Source: Candidatus Poseidoniaceae archaeon
Lineage (GTDB): Archaea; Thermoplasmatota; Poseidoniia; Poseidoniales; Poseidoniaceae
Assembly (NCBI GenBank): GCA_943789275.1
Contig: CALSTM010000003.1
Location: 300,001 to 332,000 of the forward strand
Length of the DNA stretch: 32,000 bases
Direction of reading: 5' to 3'
Shown: one piece after another, positions 23,789-32,000 of the stretch
Layout of the letters: the number at the start of each line of letters is the position of its first letter
Numbering within the stretch: the stretch's first letter is position 1
The notes under the pieces: model-generated
Told to the model about the DNA's origin: nothing
Database searches by the model: none
The model's input: only the letters and a program-made list of their open reading frames with translations
Position numbers and translations under genes: made by a program

Positions 23789-23853
23789 CAAAGTCCATCG
23801 AAAGGCCACTTTTACCCCGTAACCTCTTCATCCAATGGCGTTGAGGGCATCCT

Positions 23854-24834
23854 ATGCCAAAGGTGCTTCACATTGGACCGTGTGAGTCGCCAGGAGGCAT
23901 GGCGAACGTGATGCGTATCCTTGCTGAACATCCGCCGGAAGGTTGGGATGCCGAACTTCTCTCGTCGCATGTTGAAGGTTCGCCTTGGGCCAAATGGCGA
24001 GCGTATCGCCGCGCACGAGCGACCCTCGCCCAAATGCTCCGTGACGACACCCGCCGACCCGACATTGTTCATCTTCATACTGCAGCAGATTGGTCGTGGT
24101 GGCGCAAACGTCGATTTGCTCAGATGGCGCATAAAGCAGGTGTTCCGAACATTGTCCACATCCATTCTGGGCAATTCGATACGTGGCTTGGAGGTCCTGA
24201 ATCCCGCCGCTGTAAGCGATTTAGACATACAATCAATGAACTAGGTGCGACGGTTGTTGCCCTCAGCGACTCTTGGAAGGAACAATTCACGAAGTTGATC
24301 GGACCTACTACAGCGATTTCGAACCCTATTGATATTAATCTTAGCCCAAGTAATGTTTCGAGAGACAGGGACCATTTGCTCCTTTTAGGTCGTAATGATC
24401 CGGTGAAAAACCACACGAGGGCCATCGAAATCGCAACCAAGTTGCACCTTCAACGTCCAAATCTAATGCTGTCCATGACTGGAGTTGAAAAATCAACAAT
24501 ACCGTTTGTCAAAGCGCTTGGTTGGGTCAGCGAAGAACGTAAGCTCCATCTTCTCCAAACCGCAAGCCTGCTGCTTTTACCATCATCTCATGAAGGCCAA
24601 CCAATGGTCGCTTTGGAAGCGAATGCCTGTGGTTTGCCAGTTGTGGCCTCAGACCATTTGTCCTCCTTACCCCCGTCGACGTTTTTTGCGGGACCTGAAA
24701 TTGAGGACTGGGTTTCGACCATCAACGATCTTCTTGAGCACCCTCCGTCTATCAAGTCACAAGATCCATCAGCTCATCTTGAATCAGTTCAAGAGTCATG
24801 GAAGACCTGTTATTCTGTTGTACTTGTTGAGTGA
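23854..24834 (+). CDS. Glycosyltransferase family 4 (GT-B, Glycos_transf_1)
   Basis: LLLPSSHEGQPMVALEANACGLPVVASD is the E-x7-E retaining GT4 signature. The N-terminus MPKVLHIGPCESPGGMANV is typical of the Glyco_trans_4 N-domain. Confidence 0.8.
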   Translation: MPKVLHIGPCESPGGMANVMRILAEHPPEGWDAELLSSHVEGSPWAKWRAYRRARATLAQMLRDDTRRPDIVHLHTAADWSWWRKRRFAQMAHKAGVPNIVHIHSGQFDTWLGGPESRRCKRFRHTINELGATVVALSDSWKEQFTKLIGPTTAISNPIDINLSPSNVSRDRDHLLLLGRNDPVKNHTRAIEIATKLHLQRPNLMLSMTGVEKSTIPFVKALGWVSEERKLHLLQTASLLLLPSSHEGQPMVALEANACGLPVVASDHLSSLPPSTFFAGPEIEDWVSTINDLLEHPPSIKSQDPSAHLESVQESWKTCYSVVLVE

Positions 24835-25922
24835 AGGACCAGCTCAAGTGAGTCGACACCCTTGCCCCATGAACAATGGTTTTCCGCATAAGTGCGCGCA
24901 GAATGGCAGGATTTTTCCGCCTCAATCTCGGTTAAGGTGCTCAACCACTCAATCGCTCTTTCATGAAAATCTTCAATGGCAGACAGACGAAACCAATCTT
25001 CACTGGTATATTCTAATCGATGCCCGGCATGATCAATGCCGTACACCATCAGTCCAGATGCAAGGTACTCACTTCGTTTGAGGGGGCTTGCTATGGACCA
25101 AACGGGAGTTTCGGGCATCGGGAGCAAGCCAATATGATGTGATTCTAAGAGTGTTGAAATCTTCGTAATGGGTTGGCTTGGTAAGATTGTGATTGAATCT
25201 TCGTTTGCAGCAATTCGGCTGAGAGCCTCGAAGGCATCACCCTTTCCGACGAGGGTTAATTGCACCTGAATACCATGATTAAGCAATTTCCGAATCAGCA
25301 TTGGAAGGGCTAAAACGCCTCTATGTTTGTCTAATCGACCATGGTAGATCATTTTCCATGTGCCATCGAAGGTCTTGTTTTTGGAAGAAAAAAGTTCGAG
25401 ATTTACGCCGGCTGGAACTGCATCGATCAAATTGCTATTGACTGAACATCGCCGTTGTACGAACTCTTTGTGAGCTGTAGACACCACCACCCCACGTTGA
25501 ATGATGCCTCGGTTCACGAGGTTCCACGCTTTACGCCAAACCCTCCATTGGAGTTTACCAAGTAATGAGGCATCAGCAGGCGGTGAACGGTCCATCAAAA
25601 TCATCTTGTGACTCTGTTTTGTCAGTTCACCAGCAACGCCTGGAGCAAGTGGCCAATCGACAATAACCGCATCAAAGGTTTGGTTTTGGTTTTCCTGAAA
25701 CCAACGGGACGCGTTTCGGGCAAGGGAGGCACCTTTTCGCCCAGGAAGAGAAGATTGATCTAAGGCAATGTGATTCCATGGTAATTGAGCATGTGCTTCG
25801 GTTACATCGCCATTGAGGATAGTAAGTTCGTGACCCCGTTTGATTAAACCATTGGCTAACGCATTCGTTGTGGTGGAACAAAAGTCCGCCCACCTTCGTA
25901 CGGTTATCCATGCTATATTCAC
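24810..25922 (-). CDS. Glycosyltransferase family 4, WbuB/WcaI-like
   Basis: MNIAWITVRRW start, YHGRLDKHRGVLAL, and IGLLPMPETPVWSIASPLKRSEYLASGLMVYG, resembling the ..vsP.K..EYlAaGkPv. block of WbuB/WcaI-type enzymes. The start overlaps the epimerase stop by 4 nt, suggesting an operon. Confidence 0.7.
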   Translation of the reverse strand: MNIAWITVRRWADFCSTTTNALANGLIKRGHELTILNGDVTEAHAQLPWNHIALDQSSLPGRKGASLARNASRWFQENQNQTFDAVIVDWPLAPGVAGELTKQSHKMILMDRSPPADASLLGKLQWRVWRKAWNLVNRGIIQRGVVVSTAHKEFVQRRCSVNSNLIDAVPAGVNLELFSSKNKTFDGTWKMIYHGRLDKHRGVLALPMLIRKLLNHGIQVQLTLVGKGDAFEALSRIAANEDSITILPSQPITKISTLLESHHIGLLPMPETPVWSIASPLKRSEYLASGLMVYGIDHAGHRLEYTSEDWFRLSAIEDFHERAIEWLSTLTEIEAEKSCHSARTYAENHCSWGKGVDSLELVLHSTSTTE

Positions 25923-26887
25923 GTAGAATCGCTCCTCTTTTGGTGTTCAATAAGTGCACTGAGTCCTTCCTCTAAGCCAACTTGAGGTTGCCATTCAATG
26001 ATCGACTGTAATCTCAAACTTGATCCAACGGAGTGCATGATGTCGCCCGGTCTTGCAACGGAATAGTTCGGCTCTATGCTTGGCAATTCGTGGCATGTAA
26101 CCAAATGATGATTGATTGCTTCGAAGATATCGAGCACGCTTGTTTGGGTTTGCGTTGCTACGTTTGCAACAGGAAACGAAAACGGTTTAGAAAGGCTGGC
26201 AAGCTTAACAATCGCATGTGTGAGATCTTCAACATGAATGAAATCTCGAGTCTGCATTCCATCGCCAAAGATTGTGGGGCGTTGACGTTGAATCAGGTGG
26301 CCAATGAACAATGGAATCAACGAAGAATAACCAGATGAAACCGACTGACCCGGTCCATAGACATTGAAAAATCGCAAGGCAATCGCATTCAAACCTTGGT
26401 TGCGAGCGGTTGTTATATCCTTTTCATTGATGATTTTACTCTCTCCATAAGGCGACAGTGATTCCAGTGCATTCGCCTCAATAATGGGCAAAACCCCTTG
26501 CTCACCATAGACTGCTGCGCTTGAAGCGAAAATCGCATGAGCTAGACCGAGTCGTTGAGCAGCAGCAAGAACATTCTGAGTTCCTCCAACATTGATGTCC
26601 ATTGTTTTGTCAGGGTTTTCAATCGATTCTGAAACTGAGACAACCGCCGCAAGGTGAACCACTGCATCACAGCCCTCCATCGCGAGGCCAACCGCTTGCT
26701 CATCTCTAACATCACCGATGTGAACAATGCACCTAGATGCTAGGAATGGGTCATCCTCCTCAATTGGTGCGCAATCCAAGATGCTTACATCCCAACCCTG
26801 TTCAACGAAACGGCGAGCACAATGGCGTCCAATGAAACCCGCACCACCCGTGATGAGGACCTTGGCCATGGTTCGTGGTCGGTGCAC
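25919..26887 (-). CDS. NAD-dependent sugar-nucleotide epimerase (extended SDR, UDP-Glc/GlcNAc 4-epimerase-like)
   Basis: VLITGGAGFIGRH (Rossmann GxxGxxG), SSAAVYG, SPYGESK (YxxxK catalytic pair), LRFFNVYGPGQ and FGDGMQTRDFIHVEDL. Confidence 0.85.
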   Translation of the reverse strand: MHRPRTMAKVLITGGAGFIGRHCARRFVEQGWDVSILDCAPIEEDDPFLASRCIVHIGDVRDEQAVGLAMEGCDAVVHLAAVVSVSESIENPDKTMDINVGGTQNVLAAAQRLGLAHAIFASSAAVYGEQGVLPIIEANALESLSPYGESKIINEKDITTARNQGLNAIALRFFNVYGPGQSVSSGYSSLIPLFIGHLIQRQRPTIFGDGMQTRDFIHVEDLTHAIVKLASLSKPFSFPVANVATQTQTSVLDIFEAINHHLVTCHELPSIEPNYSVARPGDIMHSVGSSLRLQSIIEWQPQVGLEEGLSALIEHQKRSDST

Positions 26888-26950
26888 CTATACCTTATGC
26901 TTTGTAGCGGAATCCACCAATTAAAGGATGATAATAAAAAGAAGAGGCTT

Positions 26951-28333
26951 ATGTACGAACGAGGAGAGACTGCCATGCTCATCAGTGCGATACAAAGATG
27001 GCGAATCCGTCGACTCTACAACGCTGGTGAATGGAAAAACGCCCATGATTTAGCTGAAAAGGAATTAGGCAGAAAAAATCATCATTTCGCAACCGATATC
27101 ATTGTTCGTTCCATGTACAATCTATCTCGGTGGGAAGAGGTGATTGCCTTTGCAAAAAAACATCCTGAAGCGGATACAAACGGGTATGTGTACAAATCTC
27201 ATCAAAGAGTTTCCGAAAGAATTGAAGCAGCAGAGGGGTTGCCAAAGCCGATTTCCACTCAAGTGTGGAATGAAGTCGACCTACTCGAAAATTGGGTTCA
27301 AGAGGGGTCGCGGTTGTGGCTTAAGCATCCCTGGGGATGGGTACATTGGGACATGCCAAACGGATTTGAGTTGAGCAAGACACATCCCGCTTTGTTGCAT
27401 CTCGCCTTGGAAGTTCTGTTGTCGCCTTGGGTAAAGAAAACCAAGAAATGGAACGTTGAGAGAAGGCAACCAGGAAAGCATCACTCACTCTCTTATTCCG
27501 GAGGTATCGATTCTACTGCAGCCCTACTTTTGATGCCAGATGATACAATACTTGCATACCATGAACGAAATTTCACCTCGATGCTTAATCATTCATTGCC
27601 ACATTCGACGTTTGCAGCGATTCAAGAACGTACGAATCGAAAAGTGCTCTGCATTCCCTCAAATCATGAAAAAATACGAACTCATCACAAGTTGCAAACT
27701 GGTTTTTCGACGGCAAATGCTTCAGCAGTACATCTGATTTTACTTGCCGATTACCTCGACCTTTCCTCCATTGCTTTTGGAACACCAATTGACAACACCT
27801 GGTTGGAGAAAGGTGCAAAATACCGACATTTCCCTTCTTCATTCTACTGGACCTATTGGAGTGAGAAGTTCAAATTAGCAGGGTTGACTTATCTGTTACC
27901 AATGAACCATATTTCTGAAGCGGGAGCCCTCTCGGTCTGTAAGCAAAGCAAGCTTAGTGATGTTGTGAACTCGTGTTTGCGAGGCTATGACGGGCGTTGG
28001 TGCGGTCGATGTTGGAAATGTTTCCACAAAAACGGCCCTCTCGGGAGAGATTTTGACCCGTACAGCAAAGAGGTGACAACCTTCCTCAATGCCCCACATC
28101 TACGTACTGCACAACACGCATTGTGGGCGTTGAAGGTGCAGGACTTGGAACATTTGGCACCCCACCTCAAGCCTCACATTGCCAAGAACTTGGATTGGTG
28201 GACACAGGCTTATCCTGCAGGATTAGAATTAGTCGATGAGCCATTGCGTAGTCATATCCGTTCGCGTACCGAAAACTATCTCGAATGGATGGAAGAACCA
28301 TTTACCCTCGAGACAATCGATTTGGATGTCTAG
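26951..28333 (+). CDS. PP-loop ATP pyrophosphatase with a QueC-like zinc motif, paralog A (helical/TPR-like N-terminal extension)
   Basis: SGGIDS PP-loop at 27497-27514 (LSYSGGIDSTAALLLMP). Tetra-Cys motif SCLRGYDGRWCGRCWKC at 27974-28021, i.e. C-x8-C-x2-C-x2-C. It is collinear with the protein at 29707-31002. The start is uncertain (26951, 26975 or 26897); the ORF-track start 26822 overlaps the divergent epimerase. Confidence 0.6.
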   Translation: MYERGETAMLISAIQRWRIRRLYNAGEWKNAHDLAEKELGRKNHHFATDIIVRSMYNLSRWEEVIAFAKKHPEADTNGYVYKSHQRVSERIEAAEGLPKPISTQVWNEVDLLENWVQEGSRLWLKHPWGWVHWDMPNGFELSKTHPALLHLALEVLLSPWVKKTKKWNVERRQPGKHHSLSYSGGIDSTAALLLMPDDTILAYHERNFTSMLNHSLPHSTFAAIQERTNRKVLCIPSNHEKIRTHHKLQTGFSTANASAVHLILLADYLDLSSIAFGTPIDNTWLEKGAKYRHFPSSFYWTYWSEKFKLAGLTYLLPMNHISEAGALSVCKQSKLSDVVNSCLRGYDGRWCGRCWKCFHKNGPLGRDFDPYSKEVTTFLNAPHLRTAQHALWALKVQDLEHLAPHLKPHIAKNLDWWTQAYPAGLELVDEPLRSHIRSRTENYLEWMEEPFTLETIDLDV

Positions 28334-28406
28334 CCCGGTTGATAATGAAAAGAAATAGGCAGACTCATTTGCCAAACCTCAAGAAGTTGAGCGCAGAGGG
28401 ATTGCC

Positions 28407-29738
28407 ATGGATGATGAGACCACACCGGCTGAATCATCTGCTGCTGAGGGCGTAATTTCTACCCATCAGGCCTATGATTCGTTGAAAAAAAAGCATTCGA
28501 GAAGCCAGCGTGAAGTACGACGGCTAAGGGCTTCCGTTTCGTTCCAATTAGGTCTACACATCACAACCGCAGCCCGACAAATTTGGCGTTTGCCCTTTCT
28601 TCCCATCTCACTTCCACTGCTTGCTGTGAAACTGGGATTGCAACGATTAGGCCATCGTCCAATTGAAGATTCTCTTTCTATTGAACAGTCCGTTCATATC
28701 GAGCGTGAACATTGCATTGTACTGTTTCCTACCAACGGCGTTGGTTTTGGACACTTTACCAGAATGTATGCCGTCGCTCGAGCGTTACGAAAAGCAGATC
28801 CATCGCTCGAAATCGTTTTTTTTACCCCAATGCCTACTTTACACATTCTGTACAGCGAAGAATTTCCAACTTACCATTTGGCAGGACGGTATAAGCATGC
28901 AAACATGAGTGCGACTCAATGGAACGGGTTGGTTGAGGACATGCTTCACATGGTGTTTGACATGCACCGACCAAAATGGTTCATGTTTGATGGTGCTTTT
29001 CCTTACCGTGGTATGTTGAATGCCATTGCTTCACAACCTCACATGGACAAGTGGTGGATGCGTCGTGGATCACTGAAGAAGAACAAATCAATTCCAGTGG
29101 ATAGCCAATCCTTTTTTGACGGAGTTATTGTACCAAGTGAAGGCGAAGAAACTGAAGCCGAGGAGGGGGTTCATGTTGTCGCTCCAATCAAAGCGATTGA
29201 ATTCGATGAAGCATGGGATCGAACTTTTGCTCGCTCCCGACTTTCAATTCCTGACGATGGAAAGGCGGTCTATGTTCAACTCGGAGCTGGAAGAATTAAT
29301 GACATCGAAGGGCTTCTTGACAAAGTGCTTCATTCATTGTTTGACCATCCCGAGGTGTATGTCGTTTTAGGAGAATCAATGTTGGGTGAACGCCTGAATT
29401 TCACCCATGAGCGTTTGCGGGTGGTTCGAGATTATCCGAATGCGTTGTATGCCCTTGCTTTCGATGCATCTGTCCAGGCGGGTGGTTACAATTCATATCA
29501 AGAAATGCGGATGTTTGGTATACCCACGCTTTTCATCCCCAATATGGACACAGGTATGGACGATCAAGTTGCTCGTTGTAAGATTGCAGAAGAAGAGGGC
29601 TGGGGAACGGTATATTTGCCAGTAGAGGGGAGTATTGAGGACAAAATCACTGAACTTCTCAAGATGACTGCGATTCCAATTCCGAGTCAGAACGGCGCCC
29701 ATTCAATCATGGATTTGCTGGATATTGGTTCGACATGA
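28407..29738 (+). CDS. GT-B fold glycosyltransferase, MurG/PseG (GT28)-like, with a ~95-aa N-terminal extension
   Basis: CIVLFPTNGVGFGHFTRMYAVARALRK (the G.GH..R motif of MurG/PseG-type enzymes) and C-terminal QAGGYNSYQEMRMFGIPTLFIPN (..G..t..E....g.P.i.iP). The N-terminus has a basic segment followed by a hydrophobic one (LPFLPISLPLLAVKLGL). Confidence 0.5.
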   Translation: MDDETTPAESSAAEGVISTHQAYDSLKKKHSRSQREVRRLRASVSFQLGLHITTAARQIWRLPFLPISLPLLAVKLGLQRLGHRPIEDSLSIEQSVHIEREHCIVLFPTNGVGFGHFTRMYAVARALRKADPSLEIVFFTPMPTLHILYSEEFPTYHLAGRYKHANMSATQWNGLVEDMLHMVFDMHRPKWFMFDGAFPYRGMLNAIASQPHMDKWWMRRGSLKKNKSIPVDSQSFFDGVIVPSEGEETEAEEGVHVVAPIKAIEFDEAWDRTFARSRLSIPDDGKAVYVQLGAGRINDIEGLLDKVLHSLFDHPEVYVVLGESMLGERLNFTHERLRVVRDYPNALYALAFDASVQAGGYNSYQEMRMFGIPTLFIPNMDTGMDDQVARCKIAEEEGWGTVYLPVEGSIEDKITELLKMTAIPIPSQNGAHSIMDLLDIGST

Positions 29739-31002
29739 ATGTGTCAAATCTGTTCTTTGCATGAATTGCCGCATCCGTTTCTAGCCACGGCGCCATGGTG
29801 TGTGAAGTGATTTCAGGCCAGAAACGTTCTTCCATTGGCCTCAAAAATTGTTCCAACTTTGATTTTGTTGTCAAGCGATGCTGTTCAGGCATTAGTTCAA
29901 ATGCGGCAGGGTAAAATGTCTCAAGAAAAGCGAGGTTGCGCTGATTTCCCTCTAAGCGTTGTAAAACTATTTGTGAAGTGCTTCCAGTGCTTTTTCCGAG
30001 AGCCCACGCCAGTACATTTTCATGACTTACAGGGTATGATTGCATTTTCTTTTGAACTTCAGGAATGCCTAGACCTTGAAGTAAATATGCATCATTAATC
30101 TCCTTTCCTTTTATTCTTGCTTCAAGCATATTTTTTCGGAAGCATTTCCAACAATTTTCACACGCTTCGGGCCACTCTCCTCGAATACATGATCTGGTAA
30201 ATGGGTGAAAAGAGGAATTTAACACGATGGTACTTGTACCAACCTCACTTACCCCTGAAACTGGTAAATAGAGCGGTAAACCAGCGGCTAGAAACATCCG
30301 CCCCCAAAACCGATAGTGGTGAGATGATGCATAGTCCCTCGCCTTCTCATGTCCAATTCGATATGCAGATTCCATGACTGTTCCAAACGCAATGGAATCA
30401 ATATTATGACTGGATGCAAGTGCGATAATAGGAATCGAAGGAACAAGGTCAGTTGGAAATCCAAGAGGTTGCCGAACATACTCGACATCACACTCGAGGG
30501 CATGGACCTCAAATCCACACTTTTTGGCATGTTTGATGGTCGCGTAAGCCGCAGATTTGTTATACATAGAAACTTTCTTTTTCAATGGCCGGTCCATGAA
30601 TACGGACAATGTATTTTCTGGCATCACTAGGAGACTCGCAGTTGAGTCTGCTCCACCAGAAAAAGCAAGTGCTGGCCGAGCATTCGGAGATGGGATATAT
30701 GATTTATATCCGATTTCATCAAAAACAACATTATATTTTGAAATCTTGGCGCAAGACTCAGCAAATCGAGTACTCACATTCCAAGGAATAGTGACTGAAT
30801 CTTCAACAAAGGGATGGCACACTAACAAAGCTATAAGAGCAAGATGATCGGGGTGGATTTGTTCAATTGTGACTCCTCTGGGCAACTCATTCGAGAACTT
30901 CCTGCCAATCATTGAGATCTTATCGGTGTATTTGCCATCATTTTTATCTAAGGTAAATGTCCAATGCAGGGTGCTGCGTATTCCAACCACATCCACCTTC
31001 AT
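29707..31002 (-). CDS. PP-loop ATP pyrophosphatase with a QueC-like zinc motif, paralog B
   Basis: SGGADS PP-loop at 30643-30660 (LAFSGGADSTASLLVMP). Tetra-Cys motif SCIRGEWPEACENCWKC at 30142-30189 (C-x8-C-x2-C-x2-C). Shared blocks with paralog A: HPDHLALIALLVCHPFV/HPALLHLALEVLLSPWV, DSIAFGT/SSIAFGT, AAGLPLYLPV/LAGLTYLLPM, FYPAAFELMPE/AYPAGLELVDE. Confidence 0.6.
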   Translation of the reverse strand: MKVDVVGIRSTLHWTFTLDKNDGKYTDKISMIGRKFSNELPRGVTIEQIHPDHLALIALLVCHPFVEDSVTIPWNVSTRFAESCAKISKYNVVFDEIGYKSYIPSPNARPALAFSGGADSTASLLVMPENTLSVFMDRPLKKKVSMYNKSAAYATIKHAKKCGFEVHALECDVEYVRQPLGFPTDLVPSIPIIALASSHNIDSIAFGTVMESAYRIGHEKARDYASSHHYRFWGRMFLAAGLPLYLPVSGVSEVGTSTIVLNSSFHPFTRSCIRGEWPEACENCWKCFRKNMLEARIKGKEINDAYLLQGLGIPEVQKKMQSYPVSHENVLAWALGKSTGSTSQIVLQRLEGNQRNLAFLETFYPAAFELMPEQHRLTTKSKLEQFLRPMEERFWPEITSHTMAPWLETDAAIHAKNRFDTFMSNQYPANP

Positions 31003-31087
31003 GGTAATGCCATTTTGTCCTTAGATATAGTGGTTAAGTCTTGAATTTCTCTGTAAACATCATATGCTATGGCATTTAGCAATAAGC

Positions 31088-32000
31088 ATGCCTCATATGA
31101 TTCATATCGTTGTTGGCGCTCGACCTAATCAGATGAAGGCTGCGCCAATTCTGAGAGCGCTCCGAGAGCACCCAGATTTCGAACCAATACTCGTCGATAC
31201 AGGACAGCATTACGACCATGAAATGGCAGGTGTTTTTATGCAACAATTCGGCATGGGCGAGCCGGATTATTCTCTTGAAGTTGGGAGTGGTACTCATGGT
31301 GCCCAAACTGCAAAAATTCTCGAGAAATACGAATCATTATTACTAGAAAAGCGACCTACTGCGACTATTGTTATTGGTGACATCAACAGTACAGTTGCTT
31401 GTGCTCTTGCAGCATCAAAAATAGGAATCCCAGTCATTCACCTTGAAGCAGGATTACGAAGCAAAGATCGAGGCATGCCAGAAGAATTGAATCGAATTGT
31501 GACTGACCATCTCTCGGATTTACTCTGGACTCCGTCTCCTGACGGAGATAAAAACCTTCTAAAATCTGGTATTGAAGGCTCTAAAATTGTCCGAGTAGGC
31601 AACATTATGATTGATACTTTAGTCGCAATGAAGCCTGAAATTGAACAATCTCCTTTCACCAACAACATCCCCTTTCAAAACAACACATTTGCTATAGTCA
31701 CTTTACACCGGCCGAGCAATGTCGATGTTGAAGTAACGCTTACTAAATTACTGGATGAATTATTGATTGTATCGGAGACTATGGATCTTATTTGGCCGCT
31801 TCATCCACGTACAAGATCAAGAATTGAATCACTGGGGAGAATGAATGAACTCCTCGATAGCGCCTCGATTCATATCATGGGCCCTCTTGGATATATTGAT
31901 TTCATGAATGGAATCATGCATTCTGCATGTGTCATCACTGATAGCGGTGGCATCCAAGAAGAGACGACCTGGCTTGGCGTGCCATGCATCACATTACGAC
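31088..32000 (+). CDS. wecB: UDP-N-acetylglucosamine 2-epimerase (non-hydrolysing, WecB-type); the 3' end is beyond the window
   Basis: Manual translation: M(PHM)IHIVVGARPNQMKAAPILRAL...DTGQHYD...VIGDINSTVACALAASKIGIPVIHLEAGLRSKDRGMPEELNRIVTDHLSDLL...VTLHRPSNVD...WPLHPRTR...VITDSGGIQEETTWLGVPCITLR. All canonical WecB blocks are present. It is absent from the ORF track because it is edge-truncated. Confidence 0.85.
   Translation, partial: MPHMIHIVVGARPNQMKAAPILRALREHPDFEPILVDTGQHYDHEMAGVFMQQFGMGEPDYSLEVGSGTHGAQTAKILEKYESLLLEKRPTATIVIGDINSTVACALAASKIGIPVIHLEAGLRSKDRGMPEELNRIVTDHLSDLLWTPSPDGDKNLLKSGIEGSKIVRVGNIMIDTLVAMKPEIEQSPFTNNIPFQNNTFAIVTLHRPSNVDVEVTLTKLLDELLIVSETMDLIWPLHPRTRSRIESLGRMNELLDSASIHIMGPLGYIDFMNGIMHSACVITDSGGIQEETTWLGVPCITLR

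Noticed and set aside
26822-26950. ORF-track start of PP-loop paralog A at 26822.
   Set aside because: It overlaps the first 66 nt of the divergent epimerase gene (the Rossmann motif region), and the extension has no similarity to paralog B.

Overview
The window looks like archaeal chromosomal DNA. Supporting markers are FEN-1, a THUMP/Trm-G10-type tRNA methyltransferase, a type-2 methionine aminopeptidase, a class III signal-peptide (type IV pilin-like) protein, and a tRNA-Arg with no encoded CCA. A large acidic thrombospondin-repeat surface protein and about 50% GC suggest a planktonic marine euryarchaeon (MGII/Poseidoniales-like), but that is inference only. All calls come from reading the translations; no database search was run. 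Positions 1-22.4 kb hold housekeeping and translation genes (fen, Trm-G10-like, tRNA-Arg, RsuA-like pseudouridine synthase, Upf1/IGHMBP2-like SF1 helicase, YrdC/TsaC, MetAP2). These are interspersed with envelope and accessory genes: a DUF418 membrane protein, a divergent TPR/vWA pair, a 918-aa NHL + TSP3-repeat adhesin, a low-GC frameshifted acyltransferase-3 cassette, a GNAT + polysaccharide deacetylase + zinc-ribbon operon, and a (GPPS)n repeat protein with a frame break. From 22.5 kb to the right edge there is a surface-glycan biosynthesis island (GT2, two GT4, an SDR epimerase, a MurG/PseG-like GT-B, and WecB truncated at the edge). The best candidate for something undescribed sits inside this island. 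Two diverged paralogous PP-loop ATPases carry both the SGGxDS motif and the Cys-x8-Cys-x2-Cys-x2-Cys spacing I recall for QueC, and they flank the GT-B enzyme (26951-31002). I saw no CRISPR array, rRNA, transposase or integrase.
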